From the NCBI GenBank assembly GCA_965644315.1, contig CBFFRQ010000042.1, positions 186,001 through 250,000 on the forward strand: a stretch of 64,000 bases of DNA, written 5' to 3'. Source of the stretch: Caecitellus pseudoparvulus. Taxonomy: Eukaryota > Protista > Bigyra: Bicosoecida. The notes under the pieces are model-generated. The model worked only from the letters and a program-made list of their open reading frames with translations, was not told where the DNA came from and searched no databases. Of the stretch, positions 51,901 through 57,600 are shown in pieces; the stretch's first letter is position 1; each line of letters starts with the position of its first letter. The position numbers were made by a program, and so were the translations under genes.

Positions 51901-54194
51901 CTCCCTGCAACAGCGCCATTTACGAACAGTGCCTTGAGCGCGGTAGCGACGGAGCGGCAAGTGCGCAGGCGCGTTTCTCCCTCAGACTTGACGATTCCTG
52001 GTAGGTCGACGTTGTCTGCTTCACGAATGCTTTGGTCAACTTCCTCTTTGGACAGGGCCGGTGCCCACGCAACCGAGCCACACAGTTGACCCCAGCAGAC
52101 TCCGCCTTGAGTGGAGTTCACTCGGCGTCCTGCGCCTTCGTTCAAAAGCCACTGCGCCATCAGGACCTTGTTGCTGACATGTTGCAGGACAGCGGACCTC
52201 GGGCCTTCTGCAGCGATGTCTGCCCCAGCCCTCGCTTCGCACCACAGGCGCACATACGCAACTTTGCCCTTGAGTTGATAAGAGCGGGAGCTGTCTGATG
52301 GAGAGTAGTTACCCTCAGGCGGCGGGCTGTCAGAGGCAATGAAGAATCGCTGACCCCTGAATGGAAGAGACTGCACAGAGCTGTTCTTGTCCTTCAGCAC
52401 CGCGGCACCATCAACGTACAGCACGACGCGACCAGCCTTGAAGGTGGCTGCCACAGCTGCCCACTTGCCGCCTGCGATCACCCCAGTCTTGCTCTTGAAC
52501 GCAGTCACGCGCGTGCCTTGCCGCACGGCAAACTCAAGGGAACCGTCACGGCAAACACTCAGTGCCCAGGCGCCTGCGCCGTCGCTGTCGGAGGTCGTCG
52601 CACGAGCTTCCTGCCAGACGCGGCCGCGACAGAAAATGATTTGGCGGTCGGTCGACACATTGTCCAAGCACACCAAGGCTTGTACGGTCATCTCAAGCTT
52701 TGCGCACAAGCGGTCCCCAGAGTCATGAATGTGCACTCCAGAGCCGCCCTTGAACCGCAGGCAGCGCGGGGACAGGGGCAGCACTGCCCTGGGCTTCCGG
52801 CCACCCCTCGCAGCGCCATCGGCTGACGCAGCGGCAGACCCATCTGCCCCAGGGCGCACCTGCTCAGCAACTGCTTGCTGAAACTGGCGCAGTCTCGCAA
52901 GTGGGACAGCAGACACGCCGCCTGGGATGGCAGCTGCCACCGGCAAGTAGCCAGCTGGTGCGTGTTGGAGGGGAGCAGATGGGTTGCCCCCCGCATTGAT
53001 CACACAAACGACGTTGGAGTTCTGAGAGACGGATACTTGAGGCACGAGGGGGTGCTGTGAGGCTACGGAAGTGCCGGGGCCGACAGTCACATCGTCGAAG
53101 GCCCACCCAAGGTCCCTGCCGTTGATCGAGTAGCCAATGCGGCCATTTCCGGGACCGGACATGTCCAAACGGCAGCCGATGACGTCATTTGGCTGCCAGG
53201 AAGAAGCCAAGCCAAACTTGGACGACGAATCGCCGTGAAAGAGGACGTTACGAGAACCACACCAAGACCAGGACTGAGGGGTGTCACCAACTCCTCGGCT
53301 GCGGTCCGAATCATACACTGAGTTCTCACACGCCCACCCGATCTGTGCGATGCCTGAGTCCCGGACGGTAACTTCAAAATACCATCTGCCGCGGGTGATA
53401 GTTGGTCCGGCCACTGCGATGGTCGTGAAGCGCCCACGGGGATTCGCCACCTGCCCTGTCGTGGAGTCAAGGTTTGCTGTACCCGTGACAGCCACAAGCG
53501 GCACCTCTGTTCGGCACTTCAGCAGCGCTGACTTGGACTGGGCAAAGGCGTGTCGAGCAACGAGGCTAGGGAGAGGCACCCCCAGCTCGTACAGCGCGGA
53601 GAAGTCGAACGGCAGAGCTGCGTCGGGTGAACCCTCCTTGACGGCCGGCACTAGCAGCAGCAGTGCTGAGAGCATGCTGTGCAGGGGATGAGCGCTCTCG
53701 CGAGCATGCTGAATGGCCAACGCTGCAGCTTGCATGGCTGACGTTGGCTCTCCCTCTGCACCAGGTACCACTGACTGCAGCACCTTAGCTACGATGTCCG
53801 ACAGTGGAGCAGGCAAGGAGGAAACCGCAGATGAGAACGAATGGCTAGACTTTGCATCAGTGGGCAGGGACTCATCAAAGCCGTACGCTGCAGTGGCCGC
53901 TAACAGCTGGCGGAAAGCCAAGGCACTGGGCGGCGCCGTGGACACGCCAATGACCGATGCAGGAGGGGGCTCGGCAGTGGCACCGAACCGGGCGAGGGCG
54001 TGCAGAGTGTTGTCATCGAAGGCATTGCTAGCGGAACCCTTTGCCAAGGAAGACGCATCTGACATCAATTCAGCGGTGCGCTGGGCTGCCACCAACCCGA
54101 CGTCTGGCGTGTCAGCAGCTGGGGAAGCCGCAGGGGAGGCTCCAACTCCCCCAGCACGGAGGAGTGAGTCCGCTCGGAGCAAGGGCACAGACAT
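30909..54194 (-). CDS. Giant HECT E3 ubiquitin ligase (7761 aa) with multiple SPRY/B30.2 domains, two LamG/concanavalin-like domains, UBA and MORN repeats
   Basis: C-terminal HECT (FFVKLDNEGVDDNGGPYR...KFLDFVSARQRLP...LPKGISCFFTLQLPEY, catalytic Cys). SPRY motifs GRWYFEV...QIGW...DVIGC, GVWVWEM, GKWMWEA...GDVIGVEVDMDNG and GVHYWEV...DRIGVLLNMDEG. LamG motifs GKWAAVAATF...VLYVDG and GEWTHLAFV...LAVNG...EVRLW. UBA VQQLLEFGFNQDAAMHALAANGGDVASAADFLF. MORN RYEGQWHLGQMHGLG. Confidence 0.93.
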   Translation of the reverse strand: MSVPLLRADSLLRAGGVGASPAASPAADTPDVGLVAAQRTAELMSDASSLAKGSASNAFDDNTLHALARFGATAEPPPASVIGVSTAPPSALAFRQLLAATAAYGFDESLPTDAKSSHSFSSAVSSLPAPLSDIVAKVLQSVVPGAEGEPTSAMQAAALAIQHARESAHPLHSMLSALLLLVPAVKEGSPDAALPFDFSALYELGVPLPSLVARHAFAQSKSALLKCRTEVPLVAVTGTANLDSTTGQVANPRGRFTTIAVAGPTITRGRWYFEVTVRDSGIAQIGWACENSVYDSDRSRGVGDTPQSWSWCGSRNVLFHGDSSSKFGLASSWQPNDVIGCRLDMSGPGNGRIGYSINGRDLGWAFDDVTVGPGTSVASQHPLVPQVSVSQNSNVVCVINAGGNPSAPLQHAPAGYLPVAAAIPGGVSAVPLARLRQFQQAVAEQVRPGADGSAAASADGAARGGRKPRAVLPLSPRCLRFKGGSGVHIHDSGDRLCAKLEMTVQALVCLDNVSTDRQIIFCRGRVWQEARATTSDSDGAGAWALSVCRDGSLEFAVRQGTRVTAFKSKTGVIAGGKWAAVAATFKAGRVVLYVDGAAVLKDKNSSVQSLPFRGQRFFIASDSPPPEGNYSPSDSSRSYQLKGKVAYVRLWCEARAGADIAAEGPRSAVLQHVSNKVLMAQWLLNEGAGRRVNSTQGGVCWGQLCGSVAWAPALSKEEVDQSIREADNVDLPGIVKSEGETRLRTCRSVATALKALFVNGAVAGSEPAESKAEGSDVPDVAGQAPLLAGMAPPFMGAALLHAPSFAPPAADVEATSGATLLAQVAGTLLRLLDEHSMAVMSEAAGAGVALGAPPPPHAFIHDPTPRTFALLSGLLRLALSELLVPALSAQQMATPTAVLGAFLVLTATRLLRETTAVAKHMVLASAAAAGATQADISAYFGGAGLDAIIPPSLVQTAVLPALVSTVHTLASATRLTAEEASLGLGGSSHALNVSLAANIHKVQAAAIMGESVPPLSAALSDVEADLFAVLLRTARDTAASVIVDDVLIWLPSPVDVSSLLMALLEEGKPPPHLPWVPEALESIVQTVADSCKGEQSADKAEHAAIVQSLVGELGAGVVSHREAIVSPTLFEVDNSSPQALARGPGAFYLLHMLMRFMSGTLSGPAVRMARRGVEIQAAFGFSHLAEGSSKAVSAQLQAAIAEAPASSPMLLATGVRSEPNKVGRVSPQAAWSNLVGRIGAVLPSLASVPLGTSVTPSAWEGRLSGLSALLSLVAPTDVGLGSAWSSSSTDDSGRTSQIISFGASSATPSGPAAYSYSPDSSSSSVPAEFDMWRSCESGAAGDGSKGKPAFAGSLTAFRSTGFNRYETSWMDRFTIPAIDLLLNTLGDQSWAAYGAAFSRSLKSKSALSAAAACAIEVSQDSEGDGGSCSGSGSSAGGATTTERMSVPLRLPAVSALDEPDGKAVAGAATWKDKSDALSFAKESSEAALSSAEKQTQFALGTEELKSGAMAVTFKLTSFPVKEGSEVDAMGYVPGMDSCPTVLLGFAESGVKASRDFFEHGCPMHCVVVGNGTRVDTSGAGRGGGKRGGGYGGGLLGMSQGGLGGRGSVPGPGSVWSKGSSSTFTSAQELRYAKEGDSITVIMDVGSSAQYSSGYMTILLNGKPVCTSGDSPMSGPKSVGALVPDAVHPSSPRKALWDSPCTSMTASGIVAPWAASKHTAATGSRRPSAGCRNPALKDVAAFPAKASDRVPLLGSVHSSSSRKATLFPFLGIVGNGLETGSVSVQITSVQLIPSSTVPAEEEQAPESAEEATGTDSKEEEAAPSSAVESKEATTEVPAADGDVAKELRLTALPAAASLPFSPEDVVASLSLGCESQITPIAVAEAILTALQACPESRALQQAIDSASVVASEKPALASFTARDAQQLLKAAGQPLSVEAWRQSILFSSGALPTAADFAAQVSPHGLAALYQRLHMACTHAPAALAAAHLAPGSGSREDIDGMPVPDLDFSRQAGLPSEPDTRVSAATLQAKAAASLFAWQRSHLPVLLGSLLLYAEESSAASDSVLLESMQHLSHIKCRGRKGLPTSVATQSHPSIALVRAMGEVITGHSPFRALPEGSGGSKYSPYGTYSEQTRSRARPPSQSTTKRAGAEIVEVAAGPQALEAPKDSPTAGTGELPITALAPFRASGPSRAASASLVEGALSSSSEVTLPKSALHAYAAQSLSRNLDSCFSSMTDDRQEVLQTVSNTWLSQDAAERKSAAAAQSKPVTSFWTKILMAAPSDDPRATVDDDGVTVRQMVNDKDSKWCVVPSRRQLLQPMTTPPPADQSLPFVGQGGVVTIAFFVKSGCSRGYAFLGFGGSRTNRNHYLGSDQHGYGLLLRGDAYHQSPGDSKIANYSPRIKTGSVVFAEANYTTKAVRWGIVRGGRSAAERMEDAARAMYTSPRGESGPGSEAEVTAEETAAAAAAAAAGSEEGTPIARLLYSTEDVKWLPPAFTDLDVGDRLFAAVTAYEPGDEIELLGYAVCDSKEDEDCEPGDEEIAKAALWEDGKLSANGLLALLSEGDGLHRLAMAPTSLSHAMQSRMLTSGAAEASSRRHGPSNLVPLQPLQPSAVCYFKHVIVASCGILERALERAASAQLPDQSSASRHKGMVALDSALRQQMLSRVLTPALATLALSLHSPLALSELSAPLRRLSELFMQIGEHAERLLHISASVQWSLESSRCLRAAQRRMRADPSDDLPDAPPHPDRQGSVATETKLDTMGQAGQAATQGDADSSDGEDEGVEAASSDEPGLSFDDASLVLMRLVRRGHTSLQDALRPLQRAMSMQRCALGTLRDSPLSSLNMVVLNAGLAAHCAAKMAVSPLSQASSMVEYTAGSTEHERLREGFHLKSVWDADAAKRPGGVQDRVAQESYSSVRATAARWCTSPLMQGGFVEGPLSLDVTCSGRVAGAHPPCSDTSFALDLLEGAPSALPLHTFMIKQAGCKDAGALRRRLAPFDALGRAVAAAVVLHTGAVSAARELCRQLQDGAEPQPSELLLTAWAAAKSARQHWMSVVGGKVSWCGGELPITLPSDSKPVPGSTFAPFSVAEAIALVSRRCRLLVTGLSPAIGSDSPHAVPLAAAEVVSLISAFTAERSLSIPALLLEANSAQCQASLMCQGMVQAEELMRLAWANDVRQKVSRATSVVRSAVTWQVIRLLSGPMTGTNAAYSRTKVPSGALPFPFKLNGRSAQRAPTYMMHSAASRHGVDAVLPRTGQNLASCPPRLVAELEKSHSQLFAAASRAIATASDCVKATTLQLPAYHVMQWSGAAEDGGDCNGLHFPSIPNSKQKADISVQRAGLALLGQALSSFGQESLTAQATAPLMLHALAAATTLCRAVMLRWTPRIAALAARCGTIPLLTSLLSRVRALTTGKFAPVASHPKPPTDIVGLSTRPVPRGPLVDGIGGHVLLLENSATKALTSCLLQAASGSCCLKPSPAALTSEASAQTLLQAAAEVGTGISSEPIPPPPGPAPLVASASLTVGESSAGQMSATEAALPSPQRFSAGLSPEETKAAASLLSPDVDEAADAGALPDAAFMVLYTQLREALGVVLRVEDYRRSHLTPSEAAKSASKQAADRASVAEQERAVALAALAAAQDAATLGVSSGAVSDSKEEESAPAIKSSAPAAVSGSAVSRTGGETRTGGLSREPSRPFASPAQAFSALSGAQALESDAQHLSFMQMQRQGWSATDAPARPESHEQPQFPWQATPMPMPVSAGDRDAFNSFMAHVRESGRGSSGLPDFSAMTGAPSGGWQPAGSGAPYYGNFLQGERDTSGTPHRAPQEEHARGNLFQSGRGGEQYRSARKGHRIEQKSRVYGRDSIPDLPPTGTEPRLSRGGYSSRSGQKDEQPPTATQASSMQDDVVALLESGQDLVLAAQEVPKGDDADEFTDGWDAPEGWGWEASLPSGSGAGDSQGQQWGDQPASASPSASADLGAADIVLNELTSALEVMAQSPAAAKHLTAAPWLSLLLFAAQYGPLAVHRRVLRLLRGLLSSIAPGSITLNLPHARWSGKTVSAGSDCGSQELVQFLLYELGRAAAPDVHADSHWLSLMLTRLYGEGASVQSEESVAATLAASEHLRADTWAIDVDTPFRRSQISGEVVALLRTLLAQPAWRGLVAGELATALETALDLEVASNDALMNPSQDDTTMSAALDAAIQVARGMGALEVLGGEASVLRVGGAVEVLSQSATNHPCTWSCEGVQATGRHPATLSAAEHTQGAANRMCQAVVNRVKKRGGSGVLLSLGGSASGSYSVLVSTEAEEQDAFHADVAKGLGAQQGHMLQLDPLAVPVPQVVLSVGIAAMRPISAVPLVPAHVPQRLWPLVVQAAIQWGASDDMQVARQAAAADQSGADALVSGSLAPVGCVGLAGCSVDLASLPRTDADSGSVVAHGGSATGAECQAAGGSHEELHLGLCLQPKQRTLHLHSLRGASVASATPFEALCLDGDDDEQSVAIMDHPMQEGVWVWEMQVISDTQGEEGMHFGAARTPLPRSHSSRDAMMVQAGCGKLEVFGESNPDYAAGKGNQYEFLGLDVPAGQRSQPERPFFARRYSTGDSVRFVYNAEAGEVFMAIWRGAKSREDMEQLLAGTKRDAQRGAFGQGAAPPKSNKAPTLPAEPTFGSDTSGWRTVGLVARVEPGTTLYPAVFSWRAGTVFSFRGIATVASAPLPVEGDAPDLRAESSVESICAALKVPNLRPLMDSGLLWRTGVASLACLRTMCIFPAFARAFLSESGSPDDVGAGVPARQLLARMALQTTSLSGLADRGTAHELLQLLSGALVNRSKRSALAGALKVLKQASDVTRASDKLKNAAALVTANPSSYVKREEATPASAADQEGVTEGKSDGADKPGSDSAPAAPMTPAQPSSATQVAPVADSPSLTPAAVPSEVLQTPAEGAVTFSVSLGTPQEVDSDIPQLVEAGEEGAAPATATEGGALPPAIPALGSERAGSTSTGASSPRERSGSASPGAEGGPAAAAAASIAEEVGAMLQQGSLAADGDAMQAFQVAQAASATEQAIQMEHAVQQLLEFGFNQDAAMHALAANGGDVASAADFLFAHGGDLQSMVASTGGPMGGMPAMSPAGVQSYTASDGASPVPPAPQSGSPALPLEEQDGAATPGGVDEGLDEGGEEDDAGSGFASDGEESTDEELEPLDGEVEDFLEEEMGGEHYNPSGRYFPDTRPPFSRRSRRSHDFGSFGGEIPGSSQGDDGRILFADDDAGFLGLDSSAEVDTTDVVGLQQAVASNRMKHLQGPTPFSQVEDLSRARDIREPRSSVVHTATSVAALLARETLIALVLQWPTCSPGATGKSDAPVQPPPLAAGASGSSLSLARDDSITGTLADPVHAAPQDAPFSLVGFFGTEFLVTGWDRAPAYMGEWGNGLNLTPQDPSTPSAAGADLEVKPAATKDAYLRVSASLQSPVTAFLALLRLETGRGFAPIWWPPTVGVGQHEAGSTHSSHTSTAPPAAAALTSALSSLSTGEVGAGTAATAATLSAEGRHCQGVSGAACLDGSKPSLQSLLHRMLQQAIVSASPLEGAGEGSEAKTEGVALRMAAAEALALQLQQAAHRDFASFNWSGSASMSFTDRDIMRQPSLQFIQWLTDLLLESGDAGGVEDIEQADAALRQLFSAWAVTLRSPSMGLKEAGFRRLGGILGRAWRLDEAAHARGLPGVQWGDYLRRVPTARLEALAQRRLHAEMEDSPRCSRYLQTLVEFASMLRFAKEQAEGEASSGAEEQSKGTSALSFHGGMSYVSVRGARGAPNFKGPWTLEVWVRRRGRAGALNGIEVVDSGAALDGVAASGGVGTEPASQGRGRTGDSMPGGGGIDFTSSFGAPSGFKSTLGREPYSSFDRDVASLTQPKGFPSQGDGLPRNVSGGSALESVKKSASTREAGKASKSGQPKILASAQEGFSLLLECGAAAREDRRSVGIMLPKGVSALPASKKGKQGRRRKRGVGPLGKLPSGARVTGTPDGQIVSFGYEAPVGEWTHLAFVANGSTISLAVNGQRRGAAQQHALELPSASDMLPPPAARLGSQTSALRGDLMEVRLWRCARTTGELRRDMNTMLPQGHLPTTLAGYWRMADGMGKYVADMTEQQDRCFTRGTSWVSIAEPPVMQQDDVSGAADTRALESVSKVSADCAGTAPPFSAEDVSEADVQAVQDAFAGDASGWKEFVGYLVRDKCEQLGGTWARTSRQAVHVKWHRVNSASQASSAAETLHALQANFAACGNAHCVGTDASLGEGDSKEEDVVQGGAAESKEGASGDAPTPWSLPTGAVIVLGQMELPESLAQAPLVGWFEPAEPFSPSRREPVLDVHNNPGKITFFLRDLLTGAPDALSWLPGSRFEASLSSEVVQGSWASIAAVPAFAAPRLGSSVLHPALHGDGAELDASGSTWSMQRSSGEFSTALGILGVPAAARQNCEPSSKPDEADDDPSGRQGLQRSRSRAGGSDEEKLQNWKQVMDGAITSGKWMWEAKVLSVQGHVVVGMATRGAVVRNHLGCERQSWGFKSNRECFHKGSSRSYGKPFSGGDVIGVEVDMDNGTIEWLVNGTGLGIAYTDLRDQAMEHSSVCHIPDGKGVVPGLTTYAQGDAVKLLGLKTGHGVRTWSEEDSHSGVRRRYEGQWHLGQMHGLGELTVAGDEAGTWSGYWLAGIQQGVHKWVPSSGADGDAEPTPKYFKFEDGVKGEEVDEAACSADHEQRAAAVAKSLDEAKLAANSAPRPKPRVAPIRGSFQADQDTPFVWMKSVAGRSINVTDDLKKVSHSRSSSGMIMGSRGFSGGVHYWEVYLKAEFTDEGRMLHEQLMTNSGGAMLYVGVAERRVSDAESWRDYGYMNYMAVKSSFQSERLYGQHMMPNDRIGVLLNMDEGTLTFTRDGEMFGEFKYDNFGPAFRYIRSGTRGGPTSRVLYPIIGLSSPADPVTLADTKWLSIPAVPPAAHLDSVLEAATLLQRWDRPAAARARIPEALRAESYSRWLSMSAGHHVQATTRIGVAVAYDRSTTACAAVLARLGKAGKALRGGDRVTFQGKGSTIVGVYRQRLWYRKDGDAEAWYFKADDLNEVAVHARPADVQAEEDRELAAEAAADAAWKAAIEAGSTPVKASLAATKGADMTREAFDALLDDDRWTIAADMALVRLVNMQCDESGVEPENLALRPAAREEGHPAWMSESSNLSLMQARFAVLLRLNARLKGLLPLVDLTVSRPHLVAAHAGKISYPSALGRRVAALRGLAFTRTKLQHWRRVLAATVLYTEPAGENFMRASSVPELSVNRVKAHVLKLKQIPSHKERMRTSVFGQLMSQVKGWEAAQFRRDYSYEADLGQQRNFFVKLDNEGVDDNGGPYRQVIETALRSEAPGPLGLLVPCQNAVMGKGGNRDKLVFAGVSDEEVAEIARASSGSRTSDSDALAAAAKEATLARKRALRFLGVLAGTALRHDALMGVNLPALVWRPLVGQPVSEREVFELDHDFSSAIAHLRALQPPAEGASAEERALAERALTESAVAAVGCVRDDDASRKARLERAAQRLTFAKREPFVKAVIEAAARATEAPLLPFMHGLGSVVPHELLPMWTHEELETLLAGRPHVDVGLLERVVRYDGGFDSAHPTIVALWKVLRSMPQSMLRKFLDFVSARQRLPASPDGFLQPFKVVSLGAEAAQQGKLPKGISCFFTLQLPEYTDEDTLRAKLELGILNSWTMDADWQVGSRAGVMEGFDFMDVVEEGDEAEEGGGAAASRAD

Positions 54195-54456
54195 TGCTGA
54201 CTTTCGAACACTCGCGCCGTCCCGAGGTGTGCACTAGGGGGCAATGGCACTCCTCGAGGCAGAACTGAGCACGGAAAGCACACACCTGCAGCGTGGCTGG
54301 CGCTGCGATCACCACGCCGTTCTGCCGCGAAGGCGGAAGGCGCAAGTCGCAGGTAAGAGACATACTCTACCGGACAGCTGAAGACAGCTGCGCAGGCCAC
54401 GTCGGTTGAAAATTGCGGGGAGGGATCCTGGAACGGGGGAGGGGCGACAGACATGT

Positions 54457-54468
54457 CAATTTCCGCAC
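54457..54468 (+). promoter_or_regulatory. Candidate cis element CAATTTCCGCAC in the HECT/CLU divergent intergenic region
   Basis: Identical to 26987-26998. Confidence 0.35.
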
Positions 54469-54662
54469 CCCAATCCGTGTAGCAGGGTCTCGACGGGAAG
54501 AAGCAACCGCCACAATACTCCAAGCAGGAGACTGAGTCCCGGTATACATCCTGTCATTCTGCTGCTCTCAAGCTGCCGTGGTCGGCGGTGCCTTTGGAGG
54601 GAACGGCTTGCATAAGCCGCACACACACCACGACGGGCTTTGGCATCCTCTGTTGAGCAAAT

Positions 54663-57600
54663 ATGCAAGTGGCCACAGCGACTGCTGCCGACGTCAGCTA
54701 CTATACCGATTTCGTAGGCCTCTCACATGAACCTGAAGGAGGTTCGTCTTCCGCATGTGGCGCAGGCCGGTCGCCTGAGCTGCAGGCGCGTGAGCTACTG
54801 GCCGTGCCAAGCAACTCTGCCTTTGAGCAAGGTCTTGTCGGTACGACGCCCACGGATGCGGCATTGTATGAAGGGGGGAGTTCAAGAGGGACAGCCTCTC
54901 CATCTCACGCGCTTGACTTGGCTCTGGAAGACGCAGCAACCGTGGACTGGGCCACTCGCCTTCACGACATCATGCAGCTGCCGGCCGAAGACTCCACCTC
55001 CACACTCGAGAAGGCACAGCAGCTGCACCGCTTACATTGCGAGTTTAGCCATGTTTGCGCTGTAATTTGTCGCCAGATCATTCAGCAGCTTGGTCAAGCC
55101 AGGGAATCTTGGCGCATTCAGCCAGACAGTGCCGCGGGAGGCATCGCTGGAGGGGAAAAGTACTTGGCAGGCAACATTTTCATCAAGTTCGCGAGAGATT
55201 CGGGGGTGTATGGGGGTGACGATGGCGCCAGTAAGGCTGCGAGGCAAGAGCTGTGCGCTCTGCGAAGCTTGCTGACAGCGTCAGTGCCTGGGCTCTCGCT
55301 GCCCCTCATGGCTACGGTGGATGTGGGTGGATTCCGCCTTGTGTGTGCCAGCAAGCTCCCTCTCACGGGAGAGTCGCTCGTTTATGGCAGTGCAGATGCC
55401 GGTAAGACTGTCCACACGGATGATGCTGAGTTCAATAGGATCATGCGAACTGTCTGTGAGCAGCTCGGGCTAGCAGGGCACAACGTTGGCAGGCCTCGTG
55501 TTGACTCCCATGGCCAGCTGCAGCACACAGTGAAGCTGCTGTGGGGGCCAGTTGACATTGAAGGTCACAGACTGCACATGCGGTCTACATGCGAGGATGC
55601 TGCTGCCTGCAGGCGGTATGTCCTGGACACTGCCCGTTTGTTCCCGCCCATGTCTCAGTCTGACCTGCCGAACCACCCCCGGGTGCCAATGAGCACTTTC
55701 CCAGCAGATGAAGCGAAGGCTGTGCACCAGACGTTTGCTTTTAGTCGCTCAAGAGGCAATTGGGCCTTGGCCTCGAGCCGTGGCCAGCAAAAGTCTCTGC
55801 TCACGCGTGTCAAGGAGGAACTCTTGTCCTGCCTGGCTCAGGACACCGTGACCGCCATCCGTGCCCGACTTGCAGCACCTGCTCAAGGTGCCAAAGAGGC
55901 TGAAGAGGAGCACTTGCACGAAGAAGACCTCATAAAGGTGCTCCCCGTGCGCCGCCAGGTCGTTTCCGAGGGTTGGCTGTTCTCACTCCCCAGGGCACTG
56001 GCAGAGGAGGTGCAAGACGCTCGCGACATGGGAGCAAACTCGAGGGTCGCACAGCACTGCGGTATGGACATCACTGGGCCAGCTGTCCTCGTCCAAGACG
56101 TAGGCACTGTGTTTTTCCGGCTCTTCCGCCCAGAAATCCTCTCCCAGTCGGCTCTTGCTTTGTCCTCTGACGTGTTCACTGGATTCGGGGCATGCGGCGA
56201 TTGCTCCTCCTTGCGATGCGCGCATGGAAGCCGCCCTGACTTTGGCAAGGCACGACAACTCACGATAGCATTGTTGCAATGTGTTCTTCCGGCACTTGCT
56301 GCTGATATTTGCAGTGGTGGGGTGCTACTCCCGGACTCCGCTTCCCTGGTTCGGGTGATGCACAAGCGAGGGGTGCCTCTTTGCCTGCTTGGTGAGCTGC
56401 TCCTTCGTGCCCTCACGGAGTGGAACGAACAAGGCCCAAAGCCAGATGACTCGGGTGAGTCTTTGTGGTTTAGGCAGGTGATTCACACGGAAATGTTGGC
56501 CCGGTGCCTCAAGAGTCTGCTCAAGCGGCGAATGCGTCGAGCCGTGCTGTCATGCTCAGACTCGGTAGACGAAGCCATTGGACGGTGCACTGTCGACTTC
56601 TTGGCTGAGGCCTTCCTGCAGCCTGTCAGTTGTGAATCTCGTGGTGCTGGCCATGCAGGCCAAGATTTCTGGGAAGTTGTGCGATTCGAAGGTGAACGGA
56701 AATTTGGCACCTGGGCTTGCTGCCGCGACTGGCCCAGCATGGCCAGCGCTGGCACAATTGCAGACTTTCTGCCCCATGCCACCCCGAAGGGCATGCTATT
56801 CAGTCGGCTGGCGGAGCTGCTGCACCTGAACCATGCACACCCTGCCTTCCAACTTCTGCTTGACCATGCCGCGGGGGAAGGGCCAAGTGTAGGACCCTCA
56901 TTGCCTGTGCAACAAGTTCTTCAGGGCGCCCTGCAAGCCATCGAAGAATCTGACACCCCCATCTTGTTTCCAAAGGTCAAGTCAATGTTTGACGCAGACT
57001 TGATGATGGATGTGGTGCAGTCCCACATCCGGTGTGAGCGGGGGGGGTCTGGCGCCGCTGTTGCAGCAGATGCAGCGAACCAAAGTGCTCGAGACGTGTT
57101 AGCGCTTGCACTCGATAGTTTTCGAGCAACTGATCGGTCCATGCGCCTCATTCTGGCTGATCCGAGTGCCATAGCGCCCCGGGCAGTCTTTTGGGGTGGC
57201 CGCTCGATGCAGCTGGGCAGTCCTGCGGAGGAACGGCTTGTATTTGTTGCCCTCAGGCAGCTGGTGCAAGCTGCCCTGCGGAGCCGAGACTTAGCTATGG
57301 CCTCCAGCGTGGCCACTACGCTTGCGAAAGGTACGAGTTCTGTCAAGGTTCTCAGTGTCGCGCAGTGCGGTCGACTGGCCACGCTTGCCAAGTGTCAGGC
57401 GGCCACTGGACACCCGGATCTTGCCATCAACACTGTCAAGACAGCCATGCTTCACCTACAGCGGCTTGCACCTGTGCACCCTCTTCTTGGTCAACTCAAT
57501 TGCACGCTGGCTCAGGCAATGCTAGAGCACCCCAGTCCACGGGGGCGAGCCCTTGCAGCGGTCGCAGTGGATGATGCATTCAAAACGTTCCATGCGCTCT

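Noticed and set aside
30995-54268. Many 100-490 aa antisense and alternative-frame ORFs over the HECT gene (and similarly over RME-8 and CAP-D3)
   Set aside because: These are expected shadows of GC-rich codon usage, with no recognisable domains.
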